Positions 19,817-28,867 of a stretch of 64,000 bases of DNA are shown piece after piece. The notes beneath the pieces are model-generated. The model worked only from the letters and a program-made list of their open reading frames with translations, did not search any database and was not told the DNA's origin. The stretch lies in the IMG/VR virus record IMGVR_UViG_3300046804_003398; one strand, written 5' to 3'. The stretch comes from a virus (Duplodnaviria > Caudoviricetes). Numbering within the stretch: position 1 is the first letter of the stretch; every line of letters starts with the position of its first letter. The translations under genes were made by a program, and so were the position numbers.

Positions 19817-19917
19817 AATTTAAATTCAACCCTATCCTATCTGGAACAGATTCGTCCGGGTCAGACATACAGGGGTGTATCGTGTCCCTCACGCCATGGC
19901 TAAACCACCACAAGATC

Positions 19918-20327
19918 TTTGACACAGCCGTAGCCGCTGTTCTGTTTTATCCCTACATTTATCTCAGACACCTTGGCGGTTTTATGGGCATATTTAACCC
20001 ACAGATTATTAGCCGAACACAGCCGTTGGTTATTGTTTCGGACCTAGCCAAGTTCAAACCTCTACCATTGTCTGGTTGTCCGTTAAAGACAACTGCTCCA
20101 ACCTATCCCTTCAAACGTGCAGCACTACACTCGGGTTATTTAGGATTACTGCTAATATGTGGTGTTTTCGAATTAAGGTTAACCGGACTGCTCCTTGCTT
20201 CCACGGAATTGCAGTCGTTTAATCATTGTGGGCAATATGAAGTTAACTTACATTCTCCCAATCATCTGCTGTGCAGCATCGAACTTCCTCTAGGATATTA
20301 TCCCAGCGTAGGATCGCTTGTGTCAAA
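19918..20327 (-). ncRNA. rnpB: RNase P RNA
   Basis: P1 UUUGACACA/UGUGUCAAA; P2 UCCUAC/GUAGGG; P3 hairpin; CR-I GAGGAAGUUCG; L15-like AAUGGUAG; CR-IV AGAUAAAUG; CR-V AAACAGAACAGCGGCUA; P4 AGUUCG/CGGCU with bulged U. Confidence 0.85.
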
Positions 20328-20330
20328 AAA

Positions 20331-20405
20331 TGGCAGGGGATACCGGTTACGCTCCGATTCTCTCAGATTCAAAGTCTGATTTGCTACTATTACAATCAAT
20401 CCCCA
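20331..20405 (-). tRNA. tRNA-Gln (TTG), non-canonical elbow
   Basis: Loop CUUUGAA; D-loop AAUAGUA; T-loop AGCGUAA. Confidence 0.85.
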
Positions 20406-20414
20406 GTTATAAAA

Positions 20415-20490
20415 TGGTCGGGATGGAGAATTTTGCAATCTCAACCTCCTGTCTCCAAAACAGGCCGTCTACTTTTGACATTACATCCCG
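20415..20490 (-). tRNA. tRNA-Pro (TGG), non-canonical elbow
   Basis: Loop UUUGGAG; D-loop AAAAGUA; T-loop UGCAAAA. Confidence 0.8.
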
Positions 20491-20497
20491 ATAAAAT

Positions 20498-20571
20498 TGG
20501 CAGGGGATAAGGGAATCGAACCCCTACAAGAAGATTCAAAGTCTTCCGCACTACCATTATGCAAATCCCCA
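20498..20571 (-). tRNA. tRNA-Gln (TTG)
   Basis: Canonical GG/UUC elbow, loop CUUUGAA. Confidence 0.9.
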
Positions 20572-20581
20572 GTTCTGAAAT

Positions 20582-20655
20582 TGGAGCGGGTGGAGGGAAT
20601 CGAACCCTCTCATCGTCCTTGGCAAGGATGTAGGCTACCGTTACATCACACCCGC
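20582..20655 (-). tRNA. tRNA-Gly (GCC)
   Basis: Canonical cloverleaf, CCA. Confidence 0.9.
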
Positions 20656-20664
20656 GTTATAAAT

Positions 20665-20740
<76 letters not shown>

Positions 20741-20746
20741 GTAAAG

Positions 20747-20840
20747 TGGCGGAAGGTGAGGGTGCTGCCCCCTCAGTGGTTTTTTAGGCCACGGCAGTTT
20801 AGCAAACTGCTACGACTAACTAACTATTCGTCTACCTTCC
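20747..20840 (-). tRNA. tRNA-Ser (GCT), non-canonical elbow
   Basis: Long variable arm; T-loop GGCAGCA; D-loop contains AAUAG. Confidence 0.85.
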
Positions 20841-20847
20841 ATAAAAA

Positions 20848-20935
20848 TGGCGGAAGCAGTAGGAATCGAACCTACGAGGGTTTTTAGGCCCCAGGCGTTT
20901 TCAAGACGCTTTCCTCGACCTGCCGGACTACTTCC
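20848..20935 (-). tRNA. tRNA-Ser (TGA)
   Basis: Long variable arm, canonical T-loop. Confidence 0.9.
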
Positions 20936-20942
20936 GTAAAAT

Positions 20943-21020
20943 TGGTGGACCAGGTGAGAATCGAACTCACATCAGATTGATTGCAAATCAGTCTCGCTTA
21001 GCCTTAGAACATGCCAGCCC
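20943..21020 (-). tRNA. tRNA-Ala (TGC)
   Basis: G3.U70, loop UUUGCAA. Confidence 0.85.
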
Positions 21021-21027
21021 ATAAAAT

Positions 21028-21112
21028 TGGTAGGTGTAGTAGGATTCGAACCTACAAAGGATATGATATTTTAAGTATCACGGTTGTTCCAGTTTCCCTC
21101 ATCCATACACCC
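21028..21112 (-). tRNA. tRNA-Leu (TAA)
   Basis: Loop CUUAAAA, canonical T-arm. Confidence 0.88.
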
Positions 21113-21119
21113 GTTAAAT

Positions 21120-21197
21120 TGGTAGCTACGACTGGATTCGAACCAGCACTATTCTATTTTTGAGATAGACGACTCCTTCCAGTTGGTCTACGTAGCC
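21120..21197 (-). tRNA. tRNA-Leu (CAA), short variable loop
   Basis: Loop CUCAAAA. Confidence 0.85.
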
Positions 21198-21207
21198 ATT
21201 ATAAATT

Positions 21208-21291
21208 TGGTCGGCATGATAGGACTTGCACCTACACCCCTTTCGGGACGAGCTTCTAAGACTCGCATGGCTTCTATTACATCACATGCCG
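21208..21291 (-). tRNA. tRNA-Leu (TAG), non-canonical elbow
   Basis: Loop CUUAGAA; T-loop UGCAAGU; D-loop AAUAGAA. Confidence 0.85.
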
Positions 21292-21294
21292 AAG

Positions 21295-21372
21295 TGGTGG
21301 TGATAACAGGATTCGAACCTGCACTATTTACTATCTCAAAGTAACGACTCCTTCCAGTTGGTCTATATCACC
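21295..21372 (-). tRNA. tRNA-Leu (GAG), short variable loop
   Basis: Loop UUGAGAU. Confidence 0.85.
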
Positions 21373-21378
21373 GTAAAA

Positions 21379-21456
21379 TGGTCGGAATGACAGGATTTGA
21401 ACCTGCAACTTCTTGCTCCCAAAGCAAGCGCTCTAGCCAAGTTGAGCTACATTCCG
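21379..21456 (-). tRNA. tRNA-Pro (TGG)
   Basis: Canonical, loop UUUGGGA. Confidence 0.9.
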
Positions 21457-21463
21457 ATAAAAG

Positions 21464-21538
21464 TGGTGGACGATGAGGGATTTGAACCCCCGACATTCTC
21501 CGTGTAAAGGAGGTGCTCTTCCACTGAGCTAATCGTCC
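21464..21538 (-). tRNA. tRNA-Val (TAC)
   Basis: Canonical, loop UUUACAC. Confidence 0.9.
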
Positions 21539-21721
21539 ATAAATTGTTTTCTTTTATCCAATTATCGCCAGTCAGGTTCTGCACTAAGCATATCACCCTC
21601 AGACCGATCAAGTGTTTTAACTTTCGTTGGGGACACCAGATAGAGTTTCAACCCCGAACATGTAACTACTTTACCACCATCCTTGAAATTGTCAATGGGC
21701 TTTTTGCGAAATCTTTTAAAA

Positions 21722-21755
21722 CAAAAAACCGTTGATCTTTTCAGACCAACGGTTA
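21722..21755 (-). terminator. Intrinsic terminator upstream of tRNA array A
   Basis: Minus strand AACCGUUGGUC-UGAAAA-GAUCAACGGUU-UUUU. Confidence 0.7.
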
Positions 21756-21957
21756 CTTGAGTTTTCGCAAATAGCAACCATCGGTCTCAGGTCAAACTAG
21801 GTTGACCCGCTACGGACAATGATGGTTGTAGACTGTTACGCATACAACAATATATATCATCGAAATTTGAAAAAGTGAAGAAAAATTGCATATCAACGCA
21901 TAAAAAAACCAATGGGGTTGCCATTGGCTTTTGATTTATTAGTTTGGCTTATTTAGC

Positions 21958-22662
21958 TTAGAAGCTCAACTTGATACCAGCGGTATAAACAACGTCGTTG
22001 TCAAAACGTCCCAAAGCAAATGCCTTAGCAGTAGTGTCAAATACATTGTTGTGATACCAACCAACTTCAGCATAAGGAGAAACAGTTCCCCAAGCAAAAG
22101 TGAATGGACGAGTCAAAGAACCCTTGGCATTAATTGCCTCATAAGAGGTTGACTTACCCCACTCAACGGATGGAGTCAAGACAAAACCAAGTGGGAGCTT
22201 CTGAGCACGTTCAGCACCAACAAAGTATGCATTCTGATGCAACTCAAAGTTGAATGAACCACGAACATATGGAGTCACCCATGGATTTTGTAGAGCGAGC
22301 TTAGTTCCAAGTTCCGTAGAATTATCAATTCCAACAGTTGAAGTTTGGTGACGAAGTGCAGTGCCGTCCAAACGGAGAGCAAAATCCTTATTAAGACTCA
22401 AGCTCTTACCTGCACCAACAAACCAGTGAGACTGCTCATTGTTACTATCAGCAGTGAAAAGACCGCCAGCGTATACATCAGCATACTTGAGGGACTTAAC
22501 AGCACCAATACCTGCGTATGGAGTGTCCTTTGCGTAAGCAACGCCGTTAACAACATAATAGTTGTTGTAACCAGCGTCAACATTAAAGTTTGCGATATCA
22601 GCGGCACGAGCGACTGACAAAGCAGCAAACACTGACAATACCATCAATACTAGTTTCTTCAT
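21958..22662 (-). CDS. Outer-membrane beta-barrel protein
   Basis: Signal peptide (MKKLVLMVLSVFAALSVARA-A), alternating amphipathic strands, C-terminal YTAGIKLSF (BAM-type signal with terminal Phe). Confidence 0.8.
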   Translation of the reverse strand: MKKLVLMVLSVFAALSVARAADIANFNVDAGYNNYYVVNGVAYAKDTPYAGIGAVKSLKYADVYAGGLFTADSNNEQSHWFVGAGKSLSLNKDFALRLDGTALRHQTSTVGIDNSTELGTKLALQNPWVTPYVRGSFNFELHQNAYFVGAERAQKLPLGFVLTPSVEWGKSTSYEAINAKGSLTRPFTFAWGTVSPYAEVGWYHNNVFDTTAKAFALGRFDNDVVYTAGIKLSF

Positions 22663-22899
22663 ATTTATCTATTTTCCTTTTATTTGTGTTTTGTTTACTT
22701 CGAACTGGCATATGACTTCTGAGAAGTAACATATGACTTTTGTAACTCATTAGTCAGTTCGCCTTTATTTGGAAGCTTACAGCACCCACTGTTTGTTCCA
22801 AAAACTTTACTAAAAATTCTACGAATAATTCCAATCATATAAAATCCTTTCACATTATCTTGGTTAGAATAAATATCGTAGAATATGTCTAAAAATCGA

Positions 22900-23223
22900 T
22901 TAATTTTTGTCTCTACGAATTCTACGGTTTAGTGCCTTATCTTTTTCAGGCATATACACATAAAATGCAGACTGTGACTTTTTGTCTTCTGAAATTATAC
23001 TAAAAGTTTCGGTTGGCAATCCACTGACCTTGACCATTGCACCACGGATGAAATCAAAACTATCACTTCCAGATATTTCGATTCCCATACCATAGGTCAT
23101 CAAACGATAGTTTACCGTTTTGACTCCATAATGGTTCTTCAATGTATTTTCAACATTAGACTTCAACTCCTCGTTAAAGACCAACGTTGCTAATTCTTGT
23201 TTATTTATATTACTGTTATTCAT
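22900..23223 (-). CDS. Hypothetical protein
   Basis: 107 aa ORF. Confidence 0.7.
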   Translation of the reverse strand: MNNSNINKQELATLVFNEELKSNVENTLKNHYGVKTVNYRLMTYGMGIEISGSDSFDFIRGAMVKVSGLPTETFSIISEDKKSQSAFYVYMPEKDKALNRRIRRDKN

Positions 23224-23323
23224 AATACTCCTTTAGTTTACCACTTTTGCTAACAATGTCAAGAAACAAAAAATACATCCGCCCGAAAGCAGATGTATTT
23301 TCGTTAATTATATTGTTAATTTG

Positions 23324-26300
23324 TTAGATAAAGAACTTCTTATAATCGGTTAGATCATATAGTCCTTCTTTAATTTGATTACCTAGATCATAACTAATAC
23401 CTTTGCTCTTATCATTTTTGTTAGTCTTGATCAATTGAATTGCTTTGTCATAGTCATTTCTACCATCCTTAGCAATCGCATTTAACTTGGTAATCTTATT
23501 AGCAGCACCTTTGACATCAAGTGGTTGTAATCCACTCTTTGTCACAAGATTCCATTTATCACCAAAATATTGATAAACAGCTTTTGGTGTCAATGGTGCT
23601 TCTTCAGGTCCAGCTATGACCAAAGTCTTTTCCTTTGGTTTGAATCCACCTTGTTGTGCTTGTGGAGCAGCTGCACCACCTGGGCCAAGAAGATCCAAAC
23701 CTTGAAGTGCTGCATCAACAGCTTTATTGGTCTTCTTACTACCCTTCTTGTATACCAACACATCGCCAATATCCAAGAACGAGATAATCAATTGTTTCAA
23801 AGACGCTTTATCAAGACTGTCTGGGTTAATTCTTTGAAGAATTGGGCCCAAGTCAATCAACTTAGCAAACATTGCTCTAGCATTTGCAATGTCTGGTCCA
23901 GTCAAGTTACCGGTAGCACCAGAGTTTGGAACAACAGCCTTACCACGGGTTTCCAAATCTTCTGATACTGTGGACCCAATTACTGGAGGAACTGCACCGG
24001 CAGCTGCTCTTTGCATACCGTATACATTGTTTGGGTTCTTTCTATTAAATGCTTGACGAAGTTCAAAAGCAGCTCCAACCAAGTTTGGTATAGAAGCATT
24101 GAACTCACCCAAAAATGTTTGTCTATCTTTGTTTCGTGCCAATAGATCAGCAGCTGCTTCAGCCAATGATGTAAATTGAGGATCTTTTGTTATTTCAGCA
24201 CGAACTGCATTTGGATCTCCAACCTTTTGACGATATTGAACAGAAGCATCACTAATTGCTTTGCTGAAATTGATCAAGAATGTCTTGAGTGTAGCCATAG
24301 CTGCTTTTGCTTCTGGACTATTTGGATTGTCAGAAGCCTTCAACATATTGACCACACGTTGTTGTAGATTTCCAGTAAACAACGGACTTGCTTTCAAAGC
24401 AGTCAAATACTTTGACAAGTTTTTATTTGAATATACTCCACCAACAGTTGGGGTTGGAGTATCACCTTGTTTTGGTGGATCTTTTGGAATAGTCTTAGGA
24501 TCAGTAGGATTTGTTGGGCCTGGATTTGGATTTGTTGGTGTTGGAACTTCGCCTGGTGGAACAACTACTGGATCAGGAGTTGCAGCATTGGACTCTGGTG
24601 TAGCACCATACAACCAATCACGGACTTTCTTTACATAATCATAAACGCCTGGGAATGTCTTATCATACTTCTTCAATGTATCAAGAATATCTTTCTCACT
24701 CTTGAGACCCAAAGAACTTTCCATGTTATTCAAGAACTTCAAATAGTCACTTTCAACTTGTTTGTAGTCCAAACGAGAATTTTTACCACCAACTTCTGGA
24801 CCACCAAACATGAAGTTCTTAGCAGTTGTAAGTGGATTTGCTTCGGTCAATGCAATAGCACCACCCATCAACTCAGCTTTCAACAAATCAAGTTCACTTT
24901 CTTGTAGACCAAACTTCTTCTTCAATAATCCCAAAGCACCCTTACGTGCCAATTGATTTGCTACATTAGGATCTGCCAACATTGTTTGAGCTTCTGGTTG
25001 ACTAATACCAGCTACCCAGTTTTGAACAGCTTGTCTTGCGGCTGGAGCAGTAGCACCTCTTACGTCAGTTGTGCTTGCCAATCTAGCTAAAGAGTCAAGT
25101 TTTGGACGTAGATCTGTCAAAGTTGGTTGAATATCGACACCTGTTACTGGAGGAGCTTCTGGAGGCAAAGTTCCACCTGGTGGAATTGCGTCACCGCCGG
25201 TTGGTGCTGGAGCCACAGCAGGAGGAGGATTTGATACAGAATTATAATTCATCTCTGTATCTGGACCAAATCCCCTATTATTCATGTCTTCAGGAGCTAT
25301 ATATCCAGATTGCCATTGACCTTGAACTGGCGAAGATACAGATCCACCACCATACATACCTTGGTTTGGATCATTTGCGCTGCCTGGAATAATTTTACTA
25401 GTATCAAAACCAGGTTGTTCTGGAGCTGTAGGGACGGGAACAGGTTTTGTTGGAACTGGAAGTGCTGATCCATCACTTGGTCCACTTAACCAGCCTGCCA
25501 ACTTATCATAAAACAATCCTAACAACTTACCAATTGCGATACCAGCACCTGACACCGCAGCTGCTTTTGTTGCTGCTTGTGTTGCTTTTTCACCTTTCAA
25601 CACACCAACCAAAGTTCTTAGAGCTGTGCCGACCAAAAACTTACCTAGAAGTGGAATTCCAAACAAACCTCCACCGGTAGAAAGTGTCAATACGGCGACC
25701 AAACCTCCGACAATCATGTTGGTCAATGTAGGATGTTGACGAGCAAAAATACCAATTTCATCCAATACATTATCTGCACCCTTGACCAAACCCGTTGAAC
25801 GCAATTTATCAATCAATTGTTGAATACGACCCATACCAGCTTGTTGTTCTGCTGGTGTAGCTGGAGCATTTAACTTTGGATTGTTTTGAAGAGCAGCAAA
25901 TCTTTTACCAATCAATGCACCGATTTGGCCAATCTGTGTAGGACTGTTTTTAACATCTTCAGCGGATGGAGCAAATGGACTTGGACCCGCATTAACAATT
26001 TTGTCAGTGTTCTTCTTGAGAGCTGCAAACAAGTTCTGGATTACTTGTGTGTCTTTACCTTGGGTGAACCCTTTACCAAGTGGTGTAGTTAACCATGCTT
26101 TTGTCTTGGCTAAACCACGTTGGAAAATATCTTCCTTTAGAACTGGATGTTCATTGAGATATTCACTCAAAATATCTGCTTCAATCTGTTTAGCAGTTTG
26201 CTCACCCAATTGAATTGCATAATAAAGATTGGACTTTGTATCCAATCCTTCATTCAAGACGGTAAGCTGTGATTTATGTTGGGAATTTACAAACTCGGTG

Positions 26301-26350
26301 ATGAGTTTATGATAAAATTGCTCTTTTGCGATGTTTTTGAATTTGGCCAT
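23324..26350 (-). CDS. Large hypothetical protein, putative virion-internal protein
   Basis: 1008 aa; Pro-rich linkers, a hydrophobic hairpin, many L/I-x-E motifs; TATTTAT upstream. Confidence 0.7.
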   Translation of the reverse strand: MAKFKNIAKEQFYHKLITEFVNSQHKSQLTVLNEGLDTKSNLYYAIQLGEQTAKQIEADILSEYLNEHPVLKEDIFQRGLAKTKAWLTTPLGKGFTQGKDTQVIQNLFAALKKNTDKIVNAGPSPFAPSAEDVKNSPTQIGQIGALIGKRFAALQNNPKLNAPATPAEQQAGMGRIQQLIDKLRSTGLVKGADNVLDEIGIFARQHPTLTNMIVGGLVAVLTLSTGGGLFGIPLLGKFLVGTALRTLVGVLKGEKATQAATKAAAVSGAGIAIGKLLGLFYDKLAGWLSGPSDGSALPVPTKPVPVPTAPEQPGFDTSKIIPGSANDPNQGMYGGGSVSSPVQGQWQSGYIAPEDMNNRGFGPDTEMNYNSVSNPPPAVAPAPTGGDAIPPGGTLPPEAPPVTGVDIQPTLTDLRPKLDSLARLASTTDVRGATAPAARQAVQNWVAGISQPEAQTMLADPNVANQLARKGALGLLKKKFGLQESELDLLKAELMGGAIALTEANPLTTAKNFMFGGPEVGGKNSRLDYKQVESDYLKFLNNMESSLGLKSEKDILDTLKKYDKTFPGVYDYVKKVRDWLYGATPESNAATPDPVVVPPGEVPTPTNPNPGPTNPTDPKTIPKDPPKQGDTPTPTVGGVYSNKNLSKYLTALKASPLFTGNLQQRVVNMLKASDNPNSPEAKAAMATLKTFLINFSKAISDASVQYRQKVGDPNAVRAEITKDPQFTSLAEAAADLLARNKDRQTFLGEFNASIPNLVGAAFELRQAFNRKNPNNVYGMQRAAAGAVPPVIGSTVSEDLETRGKAVVPNSGATGNLTGPDIANARAMFAKLIDLGPILQRINPDSLDKASLKQLIISFLDIGDVLVYKKGSKKTNKAVDAALQGLDLLGPGGAAAPQAQQGGFKPKEKTLVIAGPEEAPLTPKAVYQYFGDKWNLVTKSGLQPLDVKGAANKITKLNAIAKDGRNDYDKAIQLIKTNKNDKSKGISYDLGNQIKEGLYDLTDYKKFFI

Positions 26351-26469
26351 AATCTCATATAAATATAAATGAGATTATGATTATATCCATGAATTTTTTA
26401 TAAGAGTATTGTTGGATTTCACATTAATGTTCCATATAAAGTCTATCAACAAATATCTTATTAAGTGTT

Positions 26470-27335
26470 TGGCGTGAGATTACCGCCTTCACTGTTGACC
26501 TTCGGTTAGATTATACCCATCTTGCGGACAGGCTTCCTAACTTATCCACGATCACGACTTGCGCCTATAATCGTATCCAACATGACTGCCTTTTTAGGGT
26601 TGTGGCTTATCAACCTTAACCTAGAACTATTCAACCTTCATCCATCCGTCTGCCTTCGACAGCAGTTAAGTCTTGCGGACACCGTTCAGACTCCGATTAA
26701 CAACTAGTGTCTTGCGGACATTTCGTTGTCTGTGTTATCTTTCGACCACAGAGTTAAGTCACTTTCATCCTAGACAAACAACGACTTTGCGTTTTTGTAT
26801 ATATGAACTGGATTTGAACCAGCAACACATAGCTTTACATAGCTATTACTCTACCATTGAGTTATCATGCACCTAACAATGACGTGCGTTGTTTGTCGTT
26901 TCATATCCTTTTGGGATACAATATGCGACACGCCATTTGTGTTTCTCTTGCGGATACTTCACCGATTTTCAAGATCAAGTCCCTTGGTTGGCCTTTGGTC
27001 CTCTTTCTATCAATCTACATACGAGCATTTGATTGCGGTCTCACACCCGTATCTTTGGCTTAAATCTTACTCTTGGATGTTTTGCTGTGAGCAGTGGTCG
27101 GCGGCACCGTTACCGAACATATGCCAGTGTTACCCACACATGTTCTTTTTCTCACCATCGTCGGATATACTTCCACCTTTTGGATGAAAGTCACAGACTT
27201 TGCCATTTGTTTGAGTGTCCTAGTTGCCCAGGCGAGGGTCCGTTAGGGGACTACCTCTTTCATGAGTATTACTACTCACTATCTTATATGGAGGTCAAAC
27301 CCCCCAAAATCTTTTTACTTCAAAGAACTTACTGT
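26470..27335 (-). ncRNA. Large structured ncRNA candidate (GOLLD-like) with embedded tRNA-like element; ends approximate
   Basis: Promoter TTGACA-16-TAAGAT at 27369-27342; no coherent ORF; helices 26761-26770/27182-27191 and 26773-26783/26887-26897; four UCCGCAAG motifs; tRNA-like module 26801-26870. Confidence 0.65.
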
Positions 27336-27470
27336 CCAATCATCTTATCACCGTTTTTCGGTTTGTCAACAACTTTTCGATTGTTTCAGTTCGTTGTTGA
27401 ATGACGAACTTAAGTATGTATTCACTATACACTACAAATCCGATTCGTCAAGCCCCAAAACAAAACTTTT

Positions 27471-28691
27471 TTACTGAATGTTTCGCATCACCACATTTTG
27501 AATCTTTGCTATGTTTTCCTTGGACAAAAAGTCAGACAAATTTGGCAACGTATAAACGTGGTCATAGTATCGTTGCATGGTCGAACGTATTTCACCTGTA
27601 TCAATGTGGTCATGATCCCAACAGTCCAATCCCAACTTGATCAAAACCAACAACTTATAATTTTCATAATTTTTTAAAAGCATGTCTAGTCTATCCAATT
27701 CCTCACATATTTGCTCAAAAGGTATTTTGTAACAAAAATTGAACTGACGATAGTTTCCAGAAATGTGATAGCATACTGGATTAGTTTTTATCAACGCATC
27801 AACTTGTTCATCAAGATTCATATGTTGATGTATGTAAAGTTGCGACATCATTTCGGGTTTTGTTGACAACACAAACTCTTTGTCTCTACCACAATGTTCA
27901 CGGGTCATTTTTGAAAATAACCAATAGACTTCATCTGTAGCAAGATAATCAGTTACATAGTTTATGAAGTTAAAATTTATGCCTGGAACATATTGTATGC
28001 TGCCAAATATGTTTCCATATTGATGAATATATGCCTTGAACATATTAATGTTAAGATATACCCAATCCATATTATTTTTTAGTTTTGGATTTGAGTCATA
28101 TTCTCCAGAAATTAAACTTGCTTGTAGATATGATATATCAATATTTGAAAAGTATTCATTCATTGATGATTCATATTGTTCAATTAAATAACGTGTGACA
28201 TTCAAATCACAAAAAGAAAACCAACCAAGTGTATGAGATTTTTCTCCAAATGATGGTCTGGGTGTAACTTGACCGCCATACAAATATTCTCCAGACTCTA
28301 TCTTCTTGAAACAATCGTCAATATAATTTTTGTCCAAAATGAAAAGATCATCGTCTACATAAAATAACGTGGCATCTTTGTGATGCATACAAGCATATTT
28401 GGTTCCGTTAAACAACAAATGTGCGTGTGTTGACAAAGTATGTCGGTCGCTCGAGTCGTTTGCGTAGATAAAATGTAACTTGTTGCTGTTGGTTTTTTTG
28501 TTATAATGATCACACAATTTGGTGTTTGCTTCGATCAATTTATCTTGAAGATCTAGTAATTCTCCTCCAGCAACAATGTATACCTTATCAACAATATCCA
28601 TCCAATACTTCTCATAATACTTGATCCAAACATTAATAGCTAATGGATTGCCATAACTTGATACAATTACTACTCTATCTTTGTTTTTCAT
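27471..28691 (-). CDS. Glycosyltransferase-like protein (GT-A, DxD)
   Basis: TLFYVDDDLFI motif; similar layout to the genes at 37551 and 39728; ATG 28691 preferred. Confidence 0.6.
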   Translation of the reverse strand: MKNKDRVVIVSSYGNPLAINVWIKYYEKYWMDIVDKVYIVAGGELLDLQDKLIEANTKLCDHYNKKTNSNKLHFIYANDSSDRHTLSTHAHLLFNGTKYACMHHKDATLFYVDDDLFILDKNYIDDCFKKIESGEYLYGGQVTPRPSFGEKSHTLGWFSFCDLNVTRYLIEQYESSMNEYFSNIDISYLQASLISGEYDSNPKLKNNMDWVYLNINMFKAYIHQYGNIFGSIQYVPGINFNFINYVTDYLATDEVYWLFSKMTREHCGRDKEFVLSTKPEMMSQLYIHQHMNLDEQVDALIKTNPVCYHISGNYRQFNFCYKIPFEQICEELDRLDMLLKNYENYKLLVLIKLGLDCWDHDHIDTGEIRSTMQRYYDHVYTLPNLSDFLSKENIAKIQNVVMRNIQ

Positions 28692-28863
28692 CGTGCGTTG
28701 TATTATAACTATTAACCCAGCCAACTCTGTGTTTACCAATCCAATCTACCAATGCTTTTTCAAAACCAATATCGTGGTGATTTTTTTCACTTTCAAACCA
28801 TTTATGACGGTCTATTTCTTTCTTCATATCAATAAACATACTATATAATGATTTTTTTTCCAT
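28675..28863 (-). CDS. Small DUF4032-like protein
   Basis: EIDRHKWFESEKNHHDIGFEKALVDWIGKHR; ATG 28863 preferred over the longer track ORF. Confidence 0.65.
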   Translation of the reverse strand: MEKKSLYSMFIDMKKEIDRHKWFESEKNHHDIGFEKALVDWIGKHRVGWVNSYNTTHDEKQR

Positions 28864-28867
28864 TATA

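Noticed and set aside
19825-19915. Hammerhead ribozyme next to the RNase P RNA
   Set aside because: CUGA and GAA fragments are present but the CUGAUGA/GAAA core and three-stem geometry are not; only small hairpins.
21720-21850. T-box riboswitch
   Set aside because: No GGUGGNACC T-box consensus or specifier loop found.
26521-26955. CRISPR-like array from the repeated cttgcgga motif
   Set aside because: The repeat is only 8-10 nt with irregular spacing and fits GNRA hairpins better; no cas genes or CRISPR array seen in the window.
26522-27477. Several short plus-strand ORFs
   Set aside because: Mutually overlapping, non-protein-like, and opposite a minus-strand promoter and long-range RNA helices.
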